This document shows positions 9,340 to 17,614 of a DNA stretch of 64,000 nt, piece after piece. This DNA comes from Candidatus Moranbacteria bacterium GW2011_GWA2_39_41 (GTDB lineage: Bacteria > Patescibacteriota > Minisyncoccia > Moranbacterales > UBA2206): positions 15,511-79,510 of the forward strand of contig LBXA01000001.1 in NCBI GenBank assembly GCA_000995125.1, in the 5' to 3' direction. Under the pieces are notes generated by a model, which saw only the letters and a list, made by a program, of their open reading frames with translations, was not told where the DNA came from and did no database searches. The translations under genes were made by a program, and so were the position numbers. Position 1 is the stretch's first letter. Each line of letters begins with the position of its first letter.

Positions 9340-10524
9340 ATGAAACTTTTTTTAATCAAACTTGGCAAAGCTTGGAATGTGTTGCGACGCGATGGCATTC
9401 TGGGTGGAGGCAAAAGAATATTTGGATTTTTCAAAGAATTTGTGAAAAACATTTTTAGTATTCGTGCAGGCGACATTCTTTTTGTGACCGCAGGCGTTGG
9501 CGATAGCGCCCTCTATCGTGCACACAATCAGGCAGAAGAATTGCGTTTGCATGGTTTTAGTGTTTCAGTGACAATGCAAGACAATCCTTTCTTGCCGATG
9601 TTGGCCAAGAAATTCAAGGTATTTGTTTTCCATCGCACTATGCAAACCCCAGCTATCACGAAGATGATTGAGAAAATCAAAGCGCAAAAAGGCGAAATCA
9701 TCTTTGAAACTGACGACTTGGTTTTTGATGTTAAGTATATTCAGCAAACTGATCATTATAAAAACATGTCTTTCTTTGAAAAGAAACAATATGAAAAGGG
9801 GATTGGCGAAGACATCTTGAAAGATCCATATGTTAAAGTTTGTACCACTAGCACGCAGTTTATTGCTAAGAAGTTGGCAGAATATGGTAAGCAAGTTTTC
9901 GTGACCACTAACAAGCTTTCACAATATTGGTTGGATTTGGCTGATCAGCTTTTACAAAATCACAAACAAGACAAAGAAATTCGCGACAAGGTTCGCATCG
10001 GCTATTTCAGTGGCACAGTGGGACACAACAAGGACTTTGCCACCATATCAGAAGCCTTGATTGAGGTTTTGCAAAAATATCCGCAAGTTGAAATATTTTT
10101 GGCTGGTCCGTTGGTGTTGGAAGAAAAATTCAACGCATTGGCGAACAGATTTGTACGTTCACCTTATGTTTCTCGTGACAAACACTTTGAAAACATTTTC
10201 TATTGTGATATTATTTTAGCGCCGTTGGAAATGGATGATTTTTCGGAAGGCAAATCAGAATTGAAATTTTCTGAAGCAGGTCTGCTGGAAGTGCCGGTGG
10301 TAGCCGCGCGTAATCAAACTTTTTCTGGCGCCATCACAGATGGAGAAAATGGATTTTTGGCGGATCACAAAGAAGAATGGGTGGAAAAACTTTCCAAGTT
10401 AATTGAAGACAAGGAATTTAGACAAATGATGGGCAAAAAAGCTCGCGAAAAAGCTTTGCAAGATTATACGACGAAGAATAGTCATGAAGAAGAATACTAC
10501 GCATATTTAAAATCCAAAATATAA
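9340..10524 (+). CDS. Glycosyltransferase, GT-B fold (GT1/GT4-like)
   Basis: 394 aa. The C-terminal half has a GT-B Rossmann pattern (EIFLAGPLV...SEAGLLEVPVVAARN). Confidence 0.65.
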   Translation: MKLFLIKLGKAWNVLRRDGILGGGKRIFGFFKEFVKNIFSIRAGDILFVTAGVGDSALYRAHNQAEELRLHGFSVSVTMQDNPFLPMLAKKFKVFVFHRTMQTPAITKMIEKIKAQKGEIIFETDDLVFDVKYIQQTDHYKNMSFFEKKQYEKGIGEDILKDPYVKVCTTSTQFIAKKLAEYGKQVFVTTNKLSQYWLDLADQLLQNHKQDKEIRDKVRIGYFSGTVGHNKDFATISEALIEVLQKYPQVEIFLAGPLVLEEKFNALANRFVRSPYVSRDKHFENIFYCDIILAPLEMDDFSEGKSELKFSEAGLLEVPVVAARNQTFSGAITDGENGFLADHKEEWVEKLSKLIEDKEFRQMMGKKAREKALQDYTTKNSHEEEYYAYLKSKI

Positions 10525-10560
10525 ATGACAAATGTCAAATAAAATATATATTATAAAATT

Positions 10561-11517
10561 ATGAAAATTCTTGTTACGGGTGGTGCAGGGTTTATCGGTT
10601 CACATGTCACCAAAAAATTATTAGAGCGAGGAGATAGCGTGGTTTGCGTGGATAGTTTCAATGATTATTATTCACCCAAAGTGAAGGAACTGAATGTGGC
10701 GCAATTTGCGGAAAATCCAAATTACAAACTATATCGCGGTGATATCACAGACTATGAATTTTTGAAAAACATTTTTGCTACAGAAAAAATTGAGCGTGTT
10801 TTTCATCCGGCGGCGCGTGCGGGTGTGCGACCTAGTATTGCTGATCCTTTTATTTATGCCAATACAAATTATGTCGGAACTTTGAATCTTTTGGATTTGT
10901 CCAAAGATTTTGGTATTGAAAATTTTGTCTTGACCAGCTCTTCTTCGGTCTATGGCGAAAACAAAAAAGTTCCCTTTGCGGAAACTGATGTTGTCGATTT
11001 CCCAATCTCTCCCTATGCGGCCACAAAAAAAGGCACCGAGCTTATGGCGCATGCCTATCACTATTTACATAAATTAAATGTGAATGTGATTCGACCGTTC
11101 ACAGTCTATGGTCCAGGTGGACGACCAGATATGTTCCCATTCTTGTGCACCAAATGGATAGATGAGGGAACTGAAGTGAAAAGATTTGGCGATGGCTCAA
11201 CTCGACGCGACTACACTTATATTGATGACATTGTGGATGGTGTGATTGCCTCAATCGATCGAATTTTTGGTTATGAAATTTTCAATCTCGGAAATTCTGA
11301 TACAGTGGATTTGAATAGCTTTATCGCAGTGGTAGAAAAATGTTTAGGCAAGAAAGCCAACATCAAAGAATATCCGATGTTTTCTGGTGATGTGCCAATC
11401 ACTTATGCTGACATCACCAAAGCTCGCAAAATGTTAGACTATAATCCAAAAACAAAAATTGAGGACGGAATGAAAAAATTTGTGGAATGGTATCAAGAAA
11501 ATAAGCAAAATTATTAA
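10561..11517 (+). CDS. NAD-dependent nucleotide-sugar epimerase (UDP-glucuronate/UDP-GlcNAc 4-epimerase-like, extended SDR)
   Basis: MKILVTGGAGFIGSH is a Rossmann motif. YAATKKGTELMAHAY carries the YxxxK catalytic motif. PFTVYGPGGRPDM is typical of Cap1J/LpsL-type 4-epimerases. Confidence 0.8.
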   Translation: MKILVTGGAGFIGSHVTKKLLERGDSVVCVDSFNDYYSPKVKELNVAQFAENPNYKLYRGDITDYEFLKNIFATEKIERVFHPAARAGVRPSIADPFIYANTNYVGTLNLLDLSKDFGIENFVLTSSSSVYGENKKVPFAETDVVDFPISPYAATKKGTELMAHAYHYLHKLNVNVIRPFTVYGPGGRPDMFPFLCTKWIDEGTEVKRFGDGSTRRDYTYIDDIVDGVIASIDRIFGYEIFNLGNSDTVDLNSFIAVVEKCLGKKANIKEYPMFSGDVPITYADITKARKMLDYNPKTKIEDGMKKFVEWYQENKQNY

Positions 11518-11522
11518 ACAAA

Positions 11523-12302
11523 ATGGCACGACAACACGAAAATTACAAAGAGCTAATTTGGATGCTGGCCAAAACTGACTTCAAACTGCGCTATCACGGC
11601 AGTGTTTTGGGTTATCTGTGGGCACTGTTGAAGCCTTTGTTGACTTTTGCAATTTTGAATTTTGTTTTTTCTTCAGTTTTCAATCCGCGAGGCACCGGCA
11701 TGGACACCTATTCTTTGCAATTGTTGGTCGCCTTGATGATGTTCTATTTCTTCGCTGAAGGAACCAGTGCTGGTATGAACTCACTTTTGAGCAAATCGCA
11801 ATTGGTGACCAAAATCTATGTCCCGCGTTGGACCATCATCTTGGCTTCCACCATCAATGCGACTTTGATTTTTTTGATGAATCTAGTGGTGATCATCTTC
11901 TTTTTCGCGCTCAAAGGTTTCATGCCAAGTCTGGCGTCCATTGGAATGTTTCTGTTGTTCTCAATTTTCATCTATATCATAGTTTTGTCTTTTGCCTTGA
12001 TAACCGCGCCACTCTACGTGAAATTCCGTGACCTTTCCATGATTTGGGAAGTGCTCCTGATGATCATCATGTATGCTTCACCCATCATTTATCCCTTGGC
12101 CACTTTGCCAACTCAATATCATCAATTTATTCTCTTGAATCCTTTGGCCTTTATCATCCACTTCACCAAAGAATCTTTGATTAATAATCACTTCGCCAGT
12201 CCTATTCAATACGTTGTCTTTGTCTCCATTGTGCTCGGCGCCTTTGCTTTCAGCATCTGGTCCTACCGCAAAATGGCTCCACGGATTGCGGAAGATATGT
12301 AG
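11523..12302 (+). CDS. ABC-2 type polysaccharide or teichoic-acid export permease (Wzm/TagG-like)
   Basis: N-terminus ELIWMLAKTDFKLRYHGSVLGYLWALLKP is the Wzm/TagG signature. Six TM helices are predicted. No adjacent ATPase gene is present. Confidence 0.75.
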   Translation: MARQHENYKELIWMLAKTDFKLRYHGSVLGYLWALLKPLLTFAILNFVFSSVFNPRGTGMDTYSLQLLVALMMFYFFAEGTSAGMNSLLSKSQLVTKIYVPRWTIILASTINATLIFLMNLVVIIFFFALKGFMPSLASIGMFLLFSIFIYIIVLSFALITAPLYVKFRDLSMIWEVLLMIIMYASPIIYPLATLPTQYHQFILLNPLAFIIHFTKESLINNHFASPIQYVVFVSIVLGAFAFSIWSYRKMAPRIAEDM

Positions 12303-12423
12303 ATTTTATGAGATTTTGATATTGATATTTGAGATTTTAAGGAAATTATTTGACCTGTTTAATTTTTGAACAAAATCTGCCAGACGATAACAAATTGGAG
12401 GAATTAAACAAAAGTGACAGGAT

Positions 12424-12452
12424 TTGCACAATTAAAAATAGTGTGTTATAGT
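12424..12452 (+). promoter_or_regulatory. Sigma70-like promoter: TTGCAC, 17-bp spacer, TATAGT
   Basis: Read directly from the sequence, 33 bp upstream of the pseudouridine synthase ATG. Confidence 0.4.
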
Positions 12453-12484
12453 TAATATCCAAAAAAATTAATAAGGTTTTTGCT

Positions 12485-13201
12485 ATGGAAACTTCAGAAT
12501 ATCCAATGAGAATAAATCGCTACCTTGCCAAGAGGAATTTTTGCAGTCGGCGCGAGGCGGATGGTTTGATTGAGAAGGGATTGGTCACAGTCAATGGAAA
12601 ATTGGCTGTTTTGGGCGCTCGAGTGAATGAGGATGACAAAGTGGAAATTAACACAAAAAACACGGCTGCGATCAAAAATCGTCAATATTTTGCTTATTAT
12701 AAACCGATTGGAATTGTGACGCATTCTCCAGAAGAGGGGCAACGTGGCATTGAAGACACTGCCAATTTTTCAGCGGAATTTTTTCCCATTGGCCGACTCG
12801 ACAAAGATTCGCATGGTTTGATTATTATGACCAATGATGGTCGCATTACTGACAAATTACTTAATCCGAAATATGAACATAGCAAAGAATATTTAGTGCA
12901 TGTGAACAAAAAAATCAATAATTTTTTCGTACGCCATATGAGCGAGGGGATTGAACTGGAAGATTTTCGCACCAAACCAGCGATTGTGGAACGATTGGAT
13001 GACTTTGTTTTTCGTATTGTTTTGACTGAAGGCAAGAAACATCAAATTCGTCGGATGTGCACTGCTTTGGGCTTTGAAGTGACTGATTTGAAGCGTATGC
13101 GCGTGATGAACATCAAATTAGGCAGTTTGAAACCCAACCAAAAAAGAGAAATAAAAGAGGTTGAACTCAATATATTTTTAACTAGTCTAGAAATTATATA
13201 A
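12485..13201 (+). CDS. S4-domain pseudouridine synthase (RsuA/RluB family)
   Basis: The S4 domain reads RINRYLAKRNFCSRREADGLIEKGLVTVNG. The catalytic region reads FFPIGRLDKDSHGLIIMTNDG. Confidence 0.8.
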   Translation: METSEYPMRINRYLAKRNFCSRREADGLIEKGLVTVNGKLAVLGARVNEDDKVEINTKNTAAIKNRQYFAYYKPIGIVTHSPEEGQRGIEDTANFSAEFFPIGRLDKDSHGLIIMTNDGRITDKLLNPKYEHSKEYLVHVNKKINNFFVRHMSEGIELEDFRTKPAIVERLDDFVFRIVLTEGKKHQIRRMCTALGFEVTDLKRMRVMNIKLGSLKPNQKREIKEVELNIFLTSLEII

Positions 13202-13205
13202 TTTT

Positions 13206-14168
13206 ATGCTTACTGATGAAGTGAAAATCAAGGTCTTTGCCGGTCGAGGAGGCGACGGAGTAGTGGCTTTCAACAAAACCAAAATGAGTCTTGGTCCAAC
13301 GGGCGGCACAGGTGGCAAAGGTGGAAATGTATATTTCCAAGGCGTTTCGAATTTGTCCGCTTTGAATAAATATAAAAACAAGCCCAAACATTATGCAGGC
13401 AATGGCAAGAATGGTCAGACCGACAATTCTGATGGTCGCACTGGTGAAGACATTATTTTGACTGTGCCAATCGGCTCCGTTTTGCATAATTTGACCACAG
13501 GTGAAGATATTAATGTAAAAACAGTGGGTGAGCCAATTTTGGTGGCCACTGGTGGATTTGGTGGTCGGGGAAATTTTTGCTTCCGTTCGCCAGTCAACAC
13601 TTCACCTGAGGAGCGCGAAGAAGGTCGACCAGGTCAAGAGTTTGAGTTTATGCTCGAACTTCGTTTGATTGCTGACATCGGATTAGTTGGTTTACCAAAT
13701 ATTGGGAAATCGAGCTTGCTGAACGAATTGACCAAGGCAGATGTCAAAGTAGCCAACTATGAATTCACAACCCTAGAGCCCAATTTGGGGGCTCTGGAAG
13801 GCATCATAATCGCGGATATTCCTGGATTGATTGAAGGTGCTTCTCAAGGCAAGGGATTGGGTATAAAATTCTTGAAACATATCAAGAGAACCACGGCTTT
13901 GGCACATTGTATCTCTTTGGAATCAGAAAATCCGAAACGAGATTATGATATTATTCGCAAAGAATTGGGGGATTTTGATCCTGAGCTTTTGCAGAAAAAA
14001 GAGATCATTCTGTTGACCAAATCTGATTTAATGGCAAAAAATGAAATTGATGCTAAAATTAAGGAGGTAGTAAAAATCAACCCAGCGGTGGAAGTCATCT
14101 CGATTCATGATTGGGACAGTCTGCAAAACATCCGTAAAGTGTTTTTGGAATTAGCTAAGCCTCTGTAA
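13206..14168 (+). CDS. obg: GTPase Obg, short form lacking the C-terminal domain
   Basis: The Obg fold N-domain has glycine-rich repeats (GGDGVVAF, GGTGGKGGNV, GGFGGRGN). The GTPase motifs are GLVGLPNIGKSSL and DIPGLIEGA. Confidence 0.85.
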   Translation: MLTDEVKIKVFAGRGGDGVVAFNKTKMSLGPTGGTGGKGGNVYFQGVSNLSALNKYKNKPKHYAGNGKNGQTDNSDGRTGEDIILTVPIGSVLHNLTTGEDINVKTVGEPILVATGGFGGRGNFCFRSPVNTSPEEREEGRPGQEFEFMLELRLIADIGLVGLPNIGKSSLLNELTKADVKVANYEFTTLEPNLGALEGIIIADIPGLIEGASQGKGLGIKFLKHIKRTTALAHCISLESENPKRDYDIIRKELGDFDPELLQKKEIILLTKSDLMAKNEIDAKIKEVVKINPAVEVISIHDWDSLQNIRKVFLELAKPL

Positions 14169-14349
14169 CGAAATAACTTATACGATTTCGCACTCATCTT
14201 CACGACATCTTTGCTTAAAAAAATTCTCAAAGTATCTCGATACATTCTCAAATTTTTTTAAACAAATCTGACGCAAATCTGAGCACGAACTTGCACAACC
14301 TATTTTGTTACAGAGACTTAAATAAATTAATTATTTTTAAAATAAAAAA

Positions 14350-14571
14350 ATGGAAAATAAAATCCTTTACATTCTCATCGCCATCGCTGTCTGGTCAATC
14401 CCGTGGAAAGGTTTTGCTCTGTGGAAATCAGCGCGACGTGGAGATTCTGGTTGGTTTATTTTTTTGCTACTCGTCAACACTATCGGCATAATGGAAATTG
14501 CATATTTATTTATGTTCTCCAACAAGCGTAAAGTAATAATAAATCAATCTGAACATGGAATTCAGAATTAA
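14350..14571 (+). CDS. Small two-TM membrane protein (PLDc_N-like)
   Basis: 73 aa. W..W...G....W..LLL...G...I.YL..F resembles the PLD-N small membrane domain. Confidence 0.35.
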   Translation: MENKILYILIAIAVWSIPWKGFALWKSARRGDSGWFIFLLLVNTIGIMEIAYLFMFSNKRKVIINQSEHGIQN

Positions 14572-14582
14572 ATAATAAATTT

Positions 14583-15281
14583 GTGTATTGGATATATCTT
14601 GGCATTTTTACGTTTGCAGTTATGATTCCAGATATTTTTAAGGAAGATGTTTTTGGCGTGGCACATGAGCAAATTCAAGAGCTGGCTATATTTTTATTGG
14701 GAATAGCTGGCTTTTTATTTTTTATTGTAAATGAAAAAAAATTAGCGTTGCAGCAAAAAGAAAAAGATCGCGAACAAAAAAGATTGCAGCAAACAGCTAA
14801 AGATTTAGTAGAGTCATATAGCTATATTGGTGAGGTAAATCGAAAAATGGAACTGTTAATGCAAGTTGGTCTGGGGTTATCAGAACGATCGACTATGAAT
14901 AAAAATCAGGAAAGAGAAATTTATCAATTAATTTTAGATTCAATCAACTTTCTTCTAAAAGCAGAGGGATCGACAATTCGTTTTGTGAATATGAAAACTG
15001 GACGAATTGTTAAGGATGTTGTTTTTAATGAAAAATATCGGGCGCTGGAAGATGGCATTGATTTTTTTAAAATGGAAGAGAATGTTTACATCAAACATGT
15101 GCGAGGTTATATGGTTTTTTGTTCACAAAAAACTATCAATGACGTAAAGGGTTATTTGATAGTAAAATTGCCAGACGAGTTTCAGAGTCATGATAATAAT
15201 AATCAAGAAATTATAAAATATCTAATTTCACAAGCTTTATTTTTATACTCATACTTTGTAAAGACGCCCACTCGGCAGTAA
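14583..15281 (+). CDS. Hypothetical protein with N-terminal TM helices
   Basis: The ORF starts with GTG. It has two N-terminal hydrophobic segments and a charged coiled segment (QQKEKDREQKRLQQ). Confidence 0.35.
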   Translation: MYWIYLGIFTFAVMIPDIFKEDVFGVAHEQIQELAIFLLGIAGFLFFIVNEKKLALQQKEKDREQKRLQQTAKDLVESYSYIGEVNRKMELLMQVGLGLSERSTMNKNQEREIYQLILDSINFLLKAEGSTIRFVNMKTGRIVKDVVFNEKYRALEDGIDFFKMEENVYIKHVRGYMVFCSQKTINDVKGYLIVKLPDEFQSHDNNNQEIIKYLISQALFLYSYFVKTPTRQ

Positions 15282-15355
15282 CAGCAATAGCAATATAAAA
15301 AATCCATCTGATTTATAACAAGATGGTTTTTTTATTTGCTTAAAGCCCTTAAGTT

Positions 15356-16189
15356 CTAAGATCCTTTAATTAGCTCAAAACCTTTCTTTTTCCAATTATC
15401 TAACCCATCGGAAAGAATAAGAGCATTGAATAATCCCATATCAAATAAACGCACACCGGCCTTAAAAGCCCAAAGTCCATCATTATCATATAATATAATT
15501 TTTTTGTTGAAAGGGATTTCGGTGCGTCTCTTTTCCAAATCTTCTAAATAAATATTAGTTGCACCTTTAATATGTCCTTCATTAAATTGGTTCTTTTTGC
15601 GTACATCAAGAATAATTAGATTATCTTCTGTTTCCAGCATCTCTTTTAATTTATCTGTTTGAATATATTTAATCTTTGATTGATCAACAAAGGAATCTGG
15701 ATCCCCAGCAGAAATCGTAGAGTTGAAGTCTAGTTTCCAAGCAGTGAAGCCACCATCGAGGTAAGATATGTTTTTGAATCCGATATTTGTTAGAGCTTCT
15801 ACAATCAATGCAAGCGACTCTATAGATGAATCATAGTCGATAATAATATAATCATTGTTTTTATCTAGTGGAGACATAGCATCAACAATAACTGATAATG
15901 GTATATTTTGTGAATCTAACAAGTGTTCTTTGGAAAAATCGGCAGCATCGCGCACATCAATAAGACTTAGATTTTCTGGGTGAGCTAATATTTTTTTAGC
16001 CAGATCGCTGGTAGAAATTTTAGTGGCATTTTGCATATTTTTAATCGGCGTATCTTTGGATGCTTCACTAATTTCCTTGGCAGTATTTTGTGATTTATTT
16101 AATCTAAAAAAAGCTAAGCCACCTATAGAGATGATTAAGATAAGTCCAATGATCATAGCGACAAGATTACTGGTATGATTTTTTTGCAT
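15356..16189 (-). CDS. Membrane-anchored tandem rhodanese-like domain protein; both active-site positions appear to be Asp rather than Cys
   Basis: Two rhodanese-like modules (LIDVRDAADFSKEHL... and IILDVRKKNQFNEGHIKGA...). The putative active-site loops read IIIDYDSS and ILYDNDG, with no Cys. Confidence 0.6.
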   Translation of the reverse strand: MQKNHTSNLVAMIIGLILIISIGGLAFFRLNKSQNTAKEISEASKDTPIKNMQNATKISTSDLAKKILAHPENLSLIDVRDAADFSKEHLLDSQNIPLSVIVDAMSPLDKNNDYIIIDYDSSIESLALIVEALTNIGFKNISYLDGGFTAWKLDFNSTISAGDPDSFVDQSKIKYIQTDKLKEMLETEDNLIILDVRKKNQFNEGHIKGATNIYLEDLEKRRTEIPFNKKIILYDNDGLWAFKAGVRLFDMGLFNALILSDGLDNWKKKGFELIKGS

Positions 16190-16193
16190 ATTT

Positions 16194-17141
16194 TTAACTT
16201 AAAATACTACCGATGAAATTTTTATAGCCATTTGAAAAATTAAGAATTTTTGTGACAGGCTTACCCTCCAATTGTACTTCTTTCAATTCAATTGCACCAG
16301 AAGCGGTTTGCACAAAAATTGAATTCTCAATTCGAAATATTTCACCATTTTTGTATTCAGCAAAACTGCTCGTAGCAAGTGCGACTGAGTTCAATTTCAA
16401 GTGCTTATCATTCCAACTAGTGAAAATGCCAGGCCAACTAGCAAAGGCACGATATTTATTAAATATATTCTCAGCAGACTGATTCCAATCGACTTGTCCT
16501 TCCTCTTTGCGAATCATTTTGCAATATGTAGCGTCATTGTCATTTTGTTTGCGTGGTTTGGCTTGGCCAGAAATTAGTTTTGGCAAAGTTTCTAAAAGTA
16601 ATTTCACAGACAGCTTAGTCAATTTTTTTTCTAGTTCAAAATAAGTCTCATTAGTATCAATATCAATTTGCTCTTGTTGTAGGATATGGCCAGTATCAAT
16701 CCCAACATCCATCAGCATAATAGTTGTGCCAGTGACTTTTTCTCCATTCAAAAGTGCACTCTGGATGGGGGATGGACCACGGAATTTTGGCAATAGTGAT
16801 GGATGAATGTTGACCGCACCCAATCTCGGCAAATCCAAAACAACTTGTGGCAAAATCTTGCCATAAGCAATGAGCACAATTAAATCTGGGTTCATTTCGC
16901 GCAAGTTTTCAATGGCCTCGGCATCTAGTCGACGTGGATCAAAAACCGGAATAGAATTTTTCTCAGCCAAAGTTTTGACAGGTGATTTTTGCAAAACTTG
17001 TTTGCGGCCCACCCTTTTATCGGGCTGAGTGTATACTCCAACGATGTTATATTTATCTTGAAGAAGCGCACTCAATATGTCAGCTGAAATTTCTGGCGTA
17101 CCCATGAAAACTATACGCAAATTTTCTTTTGTATCTGTCAT
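16194..17141 (-). CDS. fmt: Methionyl-tRNA formyltransferase
   Basis: LRIVFMGTPEISADIL...NIHPSLLPKFRGPSPIQ carries the formyltransferase SLLP motif. Confidence 0.85.
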   Translation of the reverse strand: MTDTKENLRIVFMGTPEISADILSALLQDKYNIVGVYTQPDKRVGRKQVLQKSPVKTLAEKNSIPVFDPRRLDAEAIENLREMNPDLIVLIAYGKILPQVVLDLPRLGAVNIHPSLLPKFRGPSPIQSALLNGEKVTGTTIMLMDVGIDTGHILQQEQIDIDTNETYFELEKKLTKLSVKLLLETLPKLISGQAKPRKQNDNDATYCKMIRKEEGQVDWNQSAENIFNKYRAFASWPGIFTSWNDKHLKLNSVALATSSFAEYKNGEIFRIENSIFVQTASGAIELKEVQLEGKPVTKILNFSNGYKNFIGSILS

Positions 17142-17609
17142 TTATTTTTTAACTTTCTTTCTAATTTTTACTTCTTTCTCGATATAGAGTTTGCCATCTA
17201 GGTGATCAATTTCATGTTGCAACGCGCGAGATAGAAGACCCTCAGCCTTAATAGCAATTTCTTCACCCAATTCATTTTGTGCTTTGACACGAACTTTCTT
17301 AGGCCGCTTGACGGGAATAAATTTGCCAGGAAATGACAAACAACCTTCCTCCCAAGTTTCTTGCAACCAAGATTTGTAGGTCACACGTGGATTGATCAGA
17401 ATATAAGTCATATCATCCACGCGGATGACACAGAGTCGCACGGATTTGCCAACTTGCGGAGCGGCCAATCCCACGCCATTATTGGCTTCCATAGTTTCCA
17501 ACATATTGGCAATCAATTTTTGGATAGAGGGTTTTTTGACATCCAAAACCGGCTCGGTGACTTTGCTGAGAATCGGATTGGGATATTCAACTATTTTGAG
17601 TTCTGGCAT
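17142..17609 (-). CDS. def: Peptide deformylase
   Basis: The three Def motifs are present: GVGLAAPQVG, EGCLSFPG and HEIDHLDG. Confidence 0.9.
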   Translation of the reverse strand: MPELKIVEYPNPILSKVTEPVLDVKKPSIQKLIANMLETMEANNGVGLAAPQVGKSVRLCVIRVDDMTYILINPRVTYKSWLQETWEEGCLSFPGKFIPVKRPKKVRVKAQNELGEEIAIKAEGLLSRALQHEIDHLDGKLYIEKEVKIRKKVKK

Positions 17610-17614
17610 GTGAT

